Shown here in pieces: positions 36,400 through 49,544 of a DNA stretch of 64,000 nt. A model generated the notes under the pieces. That model made no database searches. It saw only the letters and a program-made list of their open reading frames with translations, and was not told the DNA's origin. A program made the position numbers and the translations under genes. Position 1 is the stretch's first letter. The number at the start of each line of letters is the position of its first letter. Origin of the DNA: Podarcis tiliguerta (taxonomy: Eukaryota); the NCBI GenBank assembly GCA_965153285.1, contig OZ229117.1; one strand, given 5' to 3'.

Positions 36400-36800
36400 G
36401 GTTTATCTGACTTGGCAAAACCTACTTCCTGTCAATTCGGCCAGAAGCAAATTGTGGCAAATGCAGAAAGATATTGACAAAGCCAGCTCCAATAATGGCC
36501 CTTTCAAGAGGCAGCCAGCATTTTGTCCTCCTCCCGCAGACGGGATTTGCCAGCAATTGCAGACAAAAACTATCAGATCAGGGCGTTGGTGGGGAGGGGA
36601 GTGCAGAATGGTCTCTGCGCGAGCGCCAAACTCTGTGGCCTAATTGCAGGCTGGAAGGTAATATGTTCACGTGCCAGCCATCTGGAAGGGTTATTAGCAA
36701 TTTGCTTCACTTCTGTAGCAAATTAGAGAGAAGAGAAAGTCGAGGGCTGAGCTCGGTCAGGCTACCTGCCTGGACTGCTAATTGGAGTGGCTGGCAAGAT
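36400..36800. promoter_or_regulatory. Candidate conserved non-coding enhancer
   Basis: TE-free, CpG retained, TAAT/CAATTG/TGACA/ACTTCCTG/CACGTG motifs. Confidence 0.4.
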
Positions 36801-36985
36801 GTTCTGTGAGTTCTGGAGCATGAAGGGTGTGGCTTTCTCTCCCAGTGGAGCAGTTGCAAAGCAGAACCCAAAGATATCAGACATATTTATTTTGGGACAG
36901 CAGAGGCAGGGAACCTTGACAGGCCAAGGGCCACATGCCATTGGTGGGTGGGGCCAGAGACAAAACTGGGCTCAGCAATGGATAT

Positions 36986-37340
36986 GTTGTTGTTGTTTAG
37001 TCGTTTAGTTGTGTCCGACTCTTCGTGACCCCATGGACCAGAGCACGCCAGGCACTCCTGTCTTCCACAGCCTCCACAGTTTGGTCAAACTCATGCTGGT
37101 AGCTTCGAGAACACTGTCCAACCATCTCATCCTCTGTCGTCCCCTTCTCCTTGTGCCTTCAATCTTTCCCAACATCAGGGTCTTTTCCAGGGAGTCTTCT
37201 CTTCTCATGAGGTGGCCAAAGTATTGTAGCCTCAGCTTCACGATCGGTCCTTCCATTGAGCACTCAGGGCTGATTTCCTTAAGAATGGAGAGGTTTGATC
37301 TTCTTGCAGTCCATGGGACTCTCAAGAGTCTCCTCCAACA
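36986..37340 (-). mobile_element. 5'-truncated BovB copy
   Basis: WRRLLRVPWTARRSN...RMRWLDSV; (CAA)n tail; 10-bp TSD CAATGGATAT at 36976-36985 and 37341-37350. Confidence 0.95.
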
Positions 37341-40004
37341 CAATGGATATACATGTTACCTTTTTGCAGTAGGCTATTTTCTCAACTTGATCCCACATTA
37401 ATGCCAATAAGAGACCTTATCAGAGTTCAGAGACATGTCCTAGCCAGGCAAAAACACTTGAAGATGTGAAGCAAGGCAAATGAGTGGAGTGTCTGGGGAG
37501 GGCGTGTGGCCTGAGAAGAGCCCCAAAAGCTCAATAGAGAGGTGGGTGGCATTTTGGGGCCCTGTCCCTGAGCTTACCTACTTCTGTATTGGGAAATGGA
37601 GAGGTCAGGATTCCAGATTAACAAGAAACAGCACCTACTGTTAGTCCTTCATGTGTTCCCAAGCTCTGCTGTTGCTTTTTCACTTTAAGGAGGGCAAAGG
37701 ATGGAGCCTGTGAGTTACTACGCAGTACTAGGAATACACATCATGTAATTATTTCACATATGTATGAGGCACCCATAAGGCTTCCCACAGCGATGTACAA
37801 TAACATCTAGAAAAAATTATGTATAGAACAACTGTTAAAGGAATTTCATATATTAAAAAATTAGAATGTCAACTCATAATATGAAAGCAGTTTAAAACAA
37901 TAACCGGGTGACTTTAAGAAAAGTGTCAGGTGATACTACACAACTACTAGTTGTGTAGAACTCCCCCTGCTGAAAGATGTAGGAAAGGTCTTCTTTTTCA
38001 CCTGCCTTCTCTATTATGGAAGAATGAGGGGAAAAGTTATTCTCTCCACACTATTCATGTTCATATTACTCTATATCAGGTCCCTCCCCACCTATTAGTA
38101 AGCTTAATTGCTTTTGCAGCCTGTTTTGCAAATTCATTTCTTCCCCCATCCTCAAGTGACCCCTTTAAACATTGTGGGAACTCCAAAATGATACCTTTTG
38201 GCTTTTGTTGCCTTAGTAACAGACTACCCTGAAGAACAGAAATGGGGCATCAGGATGGGGGGTGGGGTAAGGCCTTGGCAGGTTTATGGCAGAGTAGCTT
38301 CCCTGTGACTCCCTTGGCATTTTAGCTTCTAGGACCAACCTGTTTAAATGGGAATATGCTGAGAATAACATCATATCACACCCTCTCAGAAGCAACACGG
38401 ATGGATTTCCGATTCACCCACCACCTGCTCAGTGCGGAAGAGTTATTCCTTGCCTCATAATTACTTAGAGGTGCTTACAAGCATTGGTTTCTAGGCAACC
38501 AGAGCTATCTTTATTTTTTGTTTTAAAAAAACCTTCTCCCCCCTCTCCTTGTTCATTATAAATGTTGGAACCATGTCATCCAGCTTCTAAGCAGAGACAA
38601 TATTTGTTTAGTGTTTCTTTTAATCAGTGGCCTACCTGCTAGCTTCCATCCCTTAAATTCACTGCCTGCTATTGCACAAGCATTTTAAAAAATGACAATA
38701 AAAGAAAGTTGTTATGATGGTGGCCTAGTTCTCATTGAAGAGGTAAACCTGTGTGGGGCCGAATCACTTGAGATTGCAGGTGGATGCTGCTTACATGATC
38801 CCCTCCACATAGTAAACTAAGGATACAAGGGTTGCTGGGGTTGATTGTACAAAGCAGAGACTCAGAAATAGAAGCCCGCCCACCACCCTCAGTCATCATA
38901 CAATAATAAGGTCAGTTGAAACCCAGTACCTACTACATTTCTAAAGAAATTCTCAAGTACCCTGAGAATGAGGAAGAAACAATGAAGCTTTTTTCACAGG
39001 GAAGGAAAACCTGTGAAATACAGGAGGGCGGATTTTGGCACGGCACTAATTTAGGTGACCACCTGGCTTAAACCATGGGCAGGCACTGGAGTGCCAGTTC
39101 AACCCCCACCCCCCACCCCTCCACACCCACAGACATCAAAGCACCTTTCCAGACTTTCTTTCTGGTGATTGATGCAAAGGTCTAAAGAGGGTTTCTAACT
39201 GCATTTAGTTGGACATGCTTAGAAACATTCCCATGACCATCCTTGATAAGACAGGATTCCCGAGGGCAGGGAAGTTTTCAAAGCATGTTCAACAAAGCAT
39301 TGTTTGAAACCCTCTTCAGAACTTAGGTTATGCCTCTAATGGTTAGAGGCAATAAAGCTTCAGAAATGTCACCGGAAGCCACAGGAGGACAGAGTCGTGT
39401 TTGCCTGTTTCCCACAGAAATCTGGTTGGCTGCTGTAAGAACAGAAGCTGGATTAGATGGTCATTGGCTTGATCCAGCAGGCTCTTTTGTTCTTCATACA
39501 AAGCCCTTGTGTTTTCAAGGAATTCAGAACCCAGAAACCAGGAAGGAAACTGGTGAAGATGTAGAGAATTTAGGAAAGAGCCCTGCCCCTATTCCAAGAC
39601 AGGCTGTCCTGACTAATACTTCTCTAAGCCATAGAGGGTTGCTGTCATTACACAGAGGTTACTGGGTGCAATGGTAACATGTTCGTGCCCACCTCTTTGT
39701 CCTCCACTATCTCTCTGCAGGTTGCTGTCCCAAGCAGAAGGCTAAAGGTCCCCCATCAATACACGTTCAAAGACTTTGACCTCTCTGCAAGATAAAGTGT
39801 AATCTAATTAACTTTTGCTTGGCTGCTCAGATCCCAGAATAATTTGGAGGTATCTATGTAGGTCACATTGCGGACTCTATGTTAGATGGCTCTCTACCAC
39901 CCTGCCCCCAGCAATTTGTCTCCAAGGCATCCCTGATCACTTCTCCCCTCTTCATCCTACATTCTGTAGCTGTCCTTTTGCTCCCAGCTCTTGGACTTAA
40001 GACT

Positions 40005-40200
40005 ATCATTACTGGTCACAGTAGCAACGATTAGGCTATCAATCAATAGGGTAATTAGTCTATTGGAAGTCATTAGGGAGTCGAGGTCCACACTTTGGCT
40101 CCAGCTAATGACCTTAAAAGTCAGTGGAAGAGGGCTGAGCTGCTCCATGGAAGAAGCAAAAGGGAATTAGATTTTGAAATGGCCTCTTATGAGCATGCCA
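40005..40200. promoter_or_regulatory. Candidate conserved non-coding enhancer
   Basis: PBX-type ATCAATCAA (40038-46), TAATTA, several TAAT/ATTA, TGACCT. Confidence 0.4.
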
Positions 40201-40439
40201 AAGGCTGTTCTTTTTTTATTCCCTCGTTCTTTTTTTTTGTTCTTTTTTGTGGTTCCCTGGAACTCAAATAGAGGGCAGCAGCTGATGGAATGAATGGGCC
40301 ATCAGGGCAAGCACTTCCTCTGGACATAGATTTCATAAAAGGAGTAATGAATTGCCTGGCTTCCAACTCTCACAGACCCAGCTGTGGTGCAATGCTGAAA
40401 GGTAAAAAGACAAAGAGGTGCATGAGAACTCCAGTCTAC

Positions 40440-40710
40440 AAAGAGCAGTGCTGAATTAGGTCCATCTGGCATCCTGTTCTCATAGTGGCCAACCATGCTT
40501 GTGGAAGCCCACAAGCAAGACCTGAACACACAACCACTCTCCCCTCCTACAATTCCCAGCTACTGGTATTCATATCTCCATTACTGGAGGTAGTGCACAG
40601 TCATTGTGACTAGCAGCCACTGATAACCTTTTCTTCCATGAATTTGTCTAATCCCCTTTTAAAGCCATCCAAGTTGGGAACCCTCACAGCATCTTGTGGT
40701 CGTAAATTCC
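40440..40710 (-). mobile_element. Old CR1 3' fragment
   Basis: ccatgaatttgtctaatccccttttaaagccatccaagttgg. Confidence 0.75.
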
Positions 40711-41347
40711 AGGCTTTTCTTAGGATGCTGGATTTTCAGTATTGCACTAGACCGGAAGAGAGGAACTGGGTGTTGCATTTGTGTGCATTTTCCACATGTG
40801 AAAAATCTGCTTCAGCAGATGCAGAAAGTGTTGCTGGGAATCCAGCCCCATATGCAGTACATCCATTGGCTGGCTGATGGAACTACAATGCTGGATTACA
40901 CGGACCTTAGGCTGGGGTCTTTTAAAAGTATCCACACTAGCCAAGACACCTTGACTGCAGGATTCTTAGCTTGGATTGAATTGCCCAGCTAAAGGAAAGG
41001 CGTGCTCAGCACCCGTTTTTTATTTATTTACAGCATTTATACCCTGAGGGGGAAAGGTCTCAGGAATGACTTCCAAAAACCCTTTCTAAGACAGTGCCTG
41101 TCTCAGGCTTCCAATCTAAGAAGAAATGGCATATGAGGAAAAAGAAGAGGAGAGAGGGAGGAAAGAAAGAAAGGCAAGCTCAAACCTAAGTTTTTAAATT
41201 TTCCTAGAAAGTTTAACAATTTCTAGTACAATAAATAAGTTTTTACCTGGCCAGTGACGTTCCTCATGAGAGATCACACATTGCTTAGCCAGAGCCCTAC
41301 ACAAAATGTTGGTCATTGATCTCTATGTTCGATCCTATGTTATAGGG

Positions 41348-41460
41348 CAGGAGTCAGCAAACGTTTTCAGCAGGAGGCTGGTCCACTGTCCCTCAGACCT
41401 TGTGGGGGGGCTGGACTATGTTTTGGGGGGAAAATATGCAAGAATGCATGCGTGTAATTT
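41348..41460 (+). mobile_element. hAT-Charlie terminal fragment (OposCharlie/OC1-like by recollection)
   Basis: caggagtcagcaaac...ggtccactgtccctcagaccttgtggggggg-ctggactat. Confidence 0.5.
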
Positions 41461-41545
41461 AGGTTTTGATTTTGCATACTATAAGTATGGCATCCATTGC
41501 AAAAGATGGATATTTAGTTGCTGGGTATCATGTGGTATACTTTGG

Positions 41546-41592
41546 GAAGGAAGGAAGGAAGGAAGGAAGGAAGGAAGGAAGGAAGGAAGGAA
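41546..41592. repeat. (GGAA)n microsatellite
   Basis: Directly visible. Confidence 0.95.
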
Positions 41593-41899
41593 AGAAAAAT
41601 AATTTTCACTTTGAAAATGCCTTTTCTGTTGTATACTTTTATCCTAAGAGGAAAGTAAAAGGAGAAAGCCAGGCCAGAACAAATCTTTTGATGTGTAAAT
41701 TAAATGCATCATCTAATGGGTTCTATTCCAAGAGCCACCTTTTTTTTTAATGCTGGCCTGAATAGAAATGGTCATTGTAATGTCCTTTCTTATTTAAATG
41801 CACATTCCTCCCTGTTGAGAAAAATTGTTTCTCTTCTCTCTGGCAAAGTGGAGAGATTTTAGGGCAAAGTCATTTCCGCCTAAAAGCAAAAGACCTCGA

Positions 41900-42330
41900 A
41901 AGTAGTTGCCATCCATTTGATGTGGATTTTTCTTCCTCCCCTCCCCTCCTCGCCATCATCCCGTTAATCTACTTGCCTTCTCCACCTTGGACCAAACTTT
42001 ACTTGCCTCTGAGCCACGCAGAGCACAGAGGAGGCAGAACTATGGGGAAAGAGCTTTAAAATTTATCATCATACACTTCGTCTCGGCTCCGGGGAACTTT
42101 TACTGAGAGCATTAAAAGTAAGGAAAATTGCTCACACTTTATAATGTGACACATTAACTTAAGCGACCGCACCGATAAGAGTGCATTTAATTACTGCTGC
42201 ACTAGTGTGTTCTGTGACAGTCAGTGTGCTCCCCATTAGCTCCAGCATCCTGCTACGAACCAGGACGGCTTGCAAAACTGCTGAGGACCAATAAGGCAGT
42301 AATTGCTAAACTGCTTCCTTGTGTTAACTC
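41900..42330. promoter_or_regulatory. Candidate conserved non-coding enhancer
   Basis: TE-free, CpG retained, TAATT/ATTAA, GATAAG, TGACA motifs. Confidence 0.45.
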
Positions 42331-42364
42331 CCTCTCTTTTTTCTTTCTTTCAACGCTGCATAAA

Positions 42365-42790
42365 AATGTAAGAAAAGTCCCTGCTGAATCAGACCAAATG
42401 CCCAGCTGCTCCAGCATGCTGTTCCCACAGTGGCCAACAACCAGATCCTGAGGGAACTTCATAAGCAGGACCTGAGCACAGCAGAACTCTCTGCACTTGT
42501 GATTCCCGGCAACTACCATTCAGAGACAGACTGCCTCTGATCCTGACAGTAGTATATTGCCAGCATTCAGAGCTATTGATGCATTTCTCCTCCATGAATT
42601 TGTCATTTGGCAACCATCGCCAACATGTTGCAGTTGTGAATTCCGCAGTTCAACAATCATAGAATCATAGAATTGTTGAGTTGGAAGGGACCCCTAGGGT
42701 CATCTCGTCCAACCTCCAGCAATGCAGGAAACCCAGCTAAAGCATCATGACAGTTGGCCAACCAAAGTCTGCTTAAAAACCTCCAAGGAA
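42365..42790 (-). mobile_element. Two adjacent CR1 3' fragments (42365-42655 older; 42656-42790 with octamer tail)
   Basis: cctgctgaatcagacc...ccatgaatttgtc; aatcatagaatcatagaattgttgagttggaaggg. Confidence 0.75.
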
Positions 42791-43384
42791 GTGTCGGAAG
42801 TTCCGTACGACCAAACTGAAATAGCTCTCCTCCTCTTTGTACTTCAGAATCCATCAGGCTCTCCTCCTCCGACGGTGATTAACGACCTAAACATTTAATG
42901 AGGCTTTAGGCACGTTCCCATTATGCTGAGAATATAAACAGGCAGCAGAAATATGAGCAACATCGCTACGTTTTATTGCTAACTACACAGGACAGAAGAG
43001 AATATGCATCTGCTCTCTGTGAAAGACAGAGAACCAACTGGAACAAAGAAACAGGAAACCAGTAACATCAACATCTGTCTCCTGTGAGACTTCCAACAGT
43101 CTGGAATGTAAACAGAGTCTTGTGACTCCAAGCACTGCACAGTGGCATAACAGGAAACCTAACAGGAAGGAGAGTCCAACTGTCTTTAACTTCCTTACTT
43201 TTCTATTTTTAAAAAATACATATAACATCCATATACACCCACCTCCCAAGAAGCATTCAATTTAAAGTTTAAATGTTTCTTGAGTAGCCAGCTGCTTTAA
43301 TTATCATTCTGTGCTACTTTTAATACTTTTTAAAAAAATATTTCTATATTGCTATGCACCATCCTAATAATTTGTGAGAGGGTG

Positions 43385-43552
43385 GGAAATAAAAACTGCA
43401 TATTTCCTTCCGTACACATTACTTGGCTGGAGAACCACACTGCAAAATTCAGAGAAGCGCAGGTTTTGAAGAATCATGTATTGTTTCAAAAACTGCAGAT
43501 TAGATAGATTTGCTTTTAAATGCAAATTGAACCAAATTTCTTTCCCCTCCCT
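43385..43552 (-). mobile_element. AT-rich MITE fragment (12957 family)
   Basis: ggagaaccacactgcaaaattc...tttcccctcccta. Confidence 0.6.
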
Positions 43553-44065
43553 AGCACCGCACCCAACACACTCTCCCCGCTCAGATCATCTGAATCAAGT
43601 CAAAGTGTCATCAATGAAAAAGTCACCGCCAGACCCCAAACAGCCTTTTACAGTTTCCACAACATGTTGCCAGTTGCTTCCCTGCTTCCTGGAGCTTTGG
43701 CAGCAGTTTAAAACCCAGCCAGCGCTAATCCATATAAATTCTGTTAATCATAGATATAATCTTTTAAGCATGCTGTAATTAAATTACACGCCAGCTAGCT
43801 CCAGCTACATTAACTTAGCATGTGAGTTTTTCTGACTTCCCAGCATACATAGGTAGTGATGGGGAGGAGGGGAAATAGAAGAAAACAAGACAGAAAGAGG
43901 TGGAGGGTGGGGGAAGAAAGAGTTCTGGCAGCTTGGGCAACCTCTGGGTTTGACATATAAGAAATCTTTGATACAAACTCCTTGTGTTTTCTTGGGGGAG
44001 GCATGTCCTTAATCCCAATTTGCATTCCACTCAGAAGAAAAATAGACATAATAAGATTGTATGCC

Positions 44066-44100
<35 letters not shown>

Positions 44101-45189
44101 TCCCCAGCCCAAAGCTGTTTCAGGAGTCGGGGCACCCTGAATTGGTCCTGTGGCATGTGAATCTAATCCAAGCTTTTCCCACCTGCCAACCAGATGTTTT
44201 GGACTACATCACCCATCTGCCACACTGGTTGGGGTGTTTCAGAGTTATTCTCCGAAACATCTGGAGAGTACCAGGTTTGGTTGAACCCTTGCTCCACACT
44301 ATCAGGGCAAACGGAATTGTCACCAGAGCACGGGGCAAAGAGTTTGTGACCCTTCCTGCCCCCCATATGCAGTTTTAATTCAATTTGTTTCTTTGTTTTG
44401 TAGCCTAGAAGTGTATCACAAAATCCCTAAGAGTGTGATAGCCATAGGATAACTGTCTCCTGATCCACAGATTAAAAATGTGAACCAAAAGAAATCCTCC
44501 AGTCTCCAGAGGTGGCTGATGGGGCAGAAGGCAGGGAAGCAAACAGGCAGTGGGGCCACAGCAAATGGCTGCCAAAGACAATTATAACTCTAGTTTTGTC
44601 TCCCATCCTTCTCCATGCTTAGTTCCACAAGAGCAGCACTGAGACTGAGAAGGGAGAAGCTGACAGTCAGGGCCACACCTGGAATGGTTGTAAGTAAGAA
44701 AGCTGGCAGGTGGGGAGGGCCTGGCTAGGGGCAGACTGAGGTGGTGAGGCAGTGCCCCATTCTCTCTAGAGAACCAGCCTCCACTGCCTCCATCCCTAAC
44801 TGCTTCCCAAAACACACACACACACACACCATGTTTATGTTATTGCAGCCAGTTAAATCCCTTCATGTCATGTCTTCATTACATTGAATGGGGGGATTCG
44901 AACCAGCTGCACCTGCAAAAAAGGAAAAGAAACCACAAATACTCCTTAGGGCAAAAGATTCAGGAATGGAAGTATCAGTGGGGCAGGTGAACTTTCTCTC
45001 TTTGCTCCCACTAGTAGTATTGCAGGTGCGTGTCAGGATCCATGGCTGCTTTTAAACAGCATTGGGTTGCCAGGAGAGGTTCAGCCAAGGCTTCTCCTAG
45101 CTGCATGAGCCTGCCATTTTGGAAGTTTACCTTTCAGGATGTAAAAAGGCATTTATTTATTTTTCTTCTGCCCCGTATTCCTAATATGC

Positions 45190-45420
45190 ACATCCCTTTG
45201 TCTCACTGCCCAATGGGGCAAACTTACATAACTTACTCCATAATTTATGTGCATTATGTACATTATGTAAGTCACACAGTATTTATGTTACTCCATTTCA
45301 GTGCAAAGGAAACACAGTGCCAGTCAGACGGAGGAGGGCATAATAAATTGTGTATCATTTGCAGACTGAGAGCAATGATGACAACAGACACTGATAGTAT
45401 TTACTGGCTTGATTTCCATT
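45190..45420 (-). repeat. Unclassified dispersed repeat (11720 family)
   Basis: catttcagtgcaaaggaaa motif shared with 11910. Confidence 0.55.
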
Positions 45421-46689
45421 CCAGACATGGGGCAAATAAGCCACTTCTGCTCCTGTTCTCATTGGAGTTCACTGACCTATTTGCTTCAGGGGTGGGTGGA
45501 TAGGTGAGTATGAGAGAAGACAGGAATTCTCCATCTAACCTAGACTGACAAGGATTCTCCAATATCCCAAGCCAAGGTCTTTCCAGGAATCCCAGCACCG
45601 CTTGCTAAGGCCCTCACATGCCCCAGCCTAGGCCATAATTACCTCTTTTTGCCACGGGTAAGGGGTAAAATGTTGAATGTGCAAATGTCTTTGCAACAAA
45701 AGAAAATGAAATAAAGAAGGGGGAAAGATTAAACCCTTCCCTAGAAGCCAGCAACAAATGAGGAGTTTTTTTAAGCTATGAGCCTGGAACGGCTTAATAA
45801 AGAGACTTATTGTTTCATCAAATTCTAATTTGCAGTGATTGCTTTCTAATTCACCAGAGATTCTTCTTCCAAAAAAATATATTCTTTGTAGTTTTCACCA
45901 GTGTAGAGGGAAATGAATAAAAAGAATGAGCTAGTGGCTGATTCTGGGTGTAGAATAACTTGAAAAACTTACAGGGAGGGCACTGCCTATAGAAGATAGA
46001 AGGGTGGCCTGAGGACTTGGGTGGGGGGCAGACTGAGGTGGGAGCTGAATCCCCTTCTTCCAGATCACCAGCAAAAGAAAATACATTCCACTGCTGTAGC
46101 TGGGGTTGATTGTATACGTGTTCTATCATTCCTCCTTTGATCAATTACTAGTTCCCAGATTTCTCTTTTATTCACTAAATGGCATGCACTATTGCCATTT
46201 ATATTAGGCTGAACCCCACTTACTTATTTTCCCCCCTACAATCTCCTCTCCCTACAAAAGCAGGACTTCTTTGCACCTTTCACAGGGAGTGGGAGAACTT
46301 CACACACAAGCATACAAATGTCAAGGGACAGGGCATTATGTGTGCATACACCTTTGGAACTGAGCAAGACAGCTGAAGGTTCTTTTCAATTAGTACAAAC
46401 TGTTCTTTAAGCCCCATCGTTGCTCAAAGTGGTGCAGGACTCTTTGCAGACATGATCTCAGCCTGGCAAGGCTTCTTGGAGTGACCATGCAACATTGCAT
46501 GGTCTCTCCAGGAAGCCCAGACAGGCTGTAAGGCTGCTCAGGTCATTTATTAGCAACTTTAGAAGTGCAAGTCCCAATATTGATTCTTGAGGGATGCCAT
46601 TTCATGCATCTCTCCACTGAGAGAACTGCCCATTTATGCCTACTCTCTGCTTCCTGTTCCTTAACTGGTTGCCTGTTCACAAGAGGACC

Positions 46690-47030
46690 AATCTCCTTAT
46701 TCCATGAGAGCTAAGCTCACTCAGGAGTCTTTAGTGAAGGACTTTATCAAAAGCATTTCAAAAATCAAAGCACATAGTGTCGACTAGACCACCTGCATCC
46801 ATGACACTTGCAAAAGAGCTCTGAAAGCTTAGTTAGACAGAGGTTTGTGGAAACCCTACTGGTTCTGCTTCAGCAAAACTTGCTTTTTCAAATGCTTTAC
46901 ACCAGTTTTGCTGGAACAGTTGTTACGCTAACTGACCTTTAGTTTCCAGGATTGCCTCTCCCCCAGTCCCTTTTTAAAATTTTGTGTTACATTGGCTACT
47001 TTCCAGGCCTTGGGAATGGAGCCTGATCTT
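46690..47030 (-). mobile_element. Old CR1 RT internal fragment
   Basis: Minus PKAWKVANVTQNFKKG and DF*NAFDKVLH-like motifs. Confidence 0.65.
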
Positions 47031-47848
47031 AGGTCCATTGTGACACAAACAGAGGGAAAATTAATTACGCCGCTCTGCCCTCTTTGAATACGTGAAGGAT
47101 CTAACCTCAAAATATCAAGCTGATGTTAGATATTTGAGCCAATTTTCTCCTGGAGAAATTTCTGATATTAGAGTGCTTTCTGAAAGGCAATGTTTTCCTT
47201 TCCTTTCCTTTCTCCTTTCCTTTCTTTTTCTTTTAGAAATAAACTAAAAAAAGAAAAGGAAATAAAACAGGCAGTGTGGTCTTTAATCGTTATTTTAAAA
47301 CATAATCTAGAATTTTAGAAGTGCATTGCTTGCTTGAGTGCTGGTGTTCCTGCTGCAAGGCAACATAAAAATAAATTAATAACTCAAAACACTTCTCTGT
47401 GGCAGTTTCCTCACTTGTGGAATGCCCTCCCTGGTGAGGTGTTAAAAACATTCCTGTTTACCTAGTCTTTTGATCATCATCATCATCATCTACTATTTTT
47501 GGGAAAGCAGACCCACCACCACCACCACCTAAATTATCTTTTATGGCTGGATGACCAGAGTGGAATACACAACAGGACAGAATAATTATTTTGCCAAACT
47601 AAGTGTACCTAGACATTTCTGATATTTTGCTTAACAGCAGAAAAATCAAATTATCAAAAACAAAGGGAGCTAGTTTGACTCTCCTATCTCGGAACTGGCA
47701 TTGCTGGATCAAGACAGAACTGTCGCACAAATTCCTCCTGAATTCGTGAAAATCAGTTTTGCTAAACCTCAGCTGCAAGGTATCTCAGAGAGGGTATAGT
47801 GCATCAAGGTTTCAGATGCCTGACAGACAGGACACATGTCTGCAGATA

Positions 47849-48204
47849 CAGTGGTGCCCCGCAAGACGAATGCCTCTCAAGACGGAAAACCCACTAGACG
47901 AAAGGGTTTTCCGTTTTGGAGGTGCTTCGCAAAACGAATTTGCTATGGGCTTTCTTCGCAAGACGAAAATGTCTTGCGAGTTCCTGCGGGGTTTTTTTCC
48001 TTTCCCCACCCCCTTTTCCCCAAGCCGCTAAACCGCTTAACAGCTGATCCGCTAAGCCGCTTATCAGCTGATCCGCTAAACCCGCTAAGCCGCTAATAGC
48101 GCTAATCTGCTAAGCCGCTAATGGGCTTGCTTCGCAAGTCGAAAAAAACCGCAAGACGAAGAGACTCGCGGAACGGATTCTTTTCGTCTTGCGAGGCACC
48201 ACTG
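47849..48204. mobile_element. Tc1/mariner (Tigger/pogo-type) MITE, young
   Basis: 22-bp TIR CAGTGGTGCC(C/T)CGCAAGACGAA, TA target duplication on both sides, CpG-rich. Confidence 0.9.
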
Positions 48205-48639
48205 TATGATGGAGGGAGAAGAACCTGCCAAAATGTTCCCTTCTGTGCAGCTATCCTGGAATCCTGTCCTGGATCAGGGTTGCTTCTTCCGCATGCTCAC
48301 TTGGGAATCAGTCCCAGTGAACTGAGTGGGACTGAGTTCTGTGTAAACATGAACTGAATCAGGATGCAGATGTAGCAATCACCCTCTTGATGGAAACAAA
48401 ACATTCTTTTTAATTTCACCTTTCTTGCAAGTTACTCTGGATGGTGAGCCTAGCTCTCCTCATCCTCCTACCCCCATTTTCAACACTCTGGTAAGTTAGG
48501 TTAGTTTGAGAAACTACCGGTCCTAGGTCAGGACTGTGCAGGTTTTGCATCCAAATATCCCCAGTCCTAATATGAAGTTCCAACTACTATAGCATAGCAA
48601 AAAGAAGAAGGAAACGTTCTCTTTCATCCGATAACACTC

Positions 48640-49188
48640 TCCCCACCCTGTGATCATGGTAATTTCTGATCCCAAGCTGCAGGACGTGTTCCGGAATTAA
48701 TGAAACTGACAAGGCTCCTTCTTTTTCTCTCTCATTCTATTTCTGTCCCACTTCCGATGACAGATTGAAGTCTTCAAAAACAGTTTCCCCCCACCCACCA
48801 CCATGCATCCTTCTCAGTTTCCCCAGCCGTGAAAATTAACACATAGCTGCTCCAAATGGGCAAGCAATTTGCAAAACAAGTAACTCCTCTATTAGCTAAT
48901 GAGCACTGGGCTGACCTTCCAGAGACCCATTCATTAGGCGACACTTAAGCCCCCACCATCTTTTTCCGTTCTTTCTATTGAGCATCGATTAAAAGGTGCA
49001 GGCTGACAGGCACTGCTTCTTGCTGTTTGAATGAATTAAAACGAATCTCCCATTTGGCTCTCAGCATTAGGAGGGGGGAAATTAAATACAGTAATTGTCA
49101 CGATCCCCAAAGCCCCATTCTTTCTACCTAATAGTTTGCCATGTTATGCTTTTTACACGACTCAAAAACCACTGCCCCCCTGCAGTCC

Positions 49189-49253
<65 letters not shown>

Positions 49254-49330
49254 ACACAGACATTAATCTGCTAATGTGCTTCTGGTGCAATTTTGCCTTT
49301 GTGACGCTATTCAAGCTATACTGGATAGGC
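48640..49330. promoter_or_regulatory. Candidate conserved non-coding enhancer cluster (contains a (CT)n(CA)n microsatellite at ~49192-49258)
   Basis: TE-free, many TAAT/ATTA and TGACA(G) motifs. Confidence 0.45.
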
Positions 49331-49544
49331 AAGCAAAGAATGAGAATAAACAGAAAGGAGCTCTGGTTAAGGGCTTGAAGGCCTATCATGAAGCAGTTGC
49401 TCTGGACCTAAGCCTTTTTGGCCCCAAGGGACCATTTGGAAAACTAAGGAACTGTCAAGGGACACAAAATACCCATTTCACAGAAGAAAAACAGGCAATG
49501 CTCAGACCATCACCCCCTTCAAAAAAGAAAAGAAACAGGAGGAA

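Noticed and set aside
48020-48125. Short regularly spaced repeats resembling a CRISPR-like array
   Set aside because: No unique spacers; minisatellite inside a MITE in vertebrate DNA
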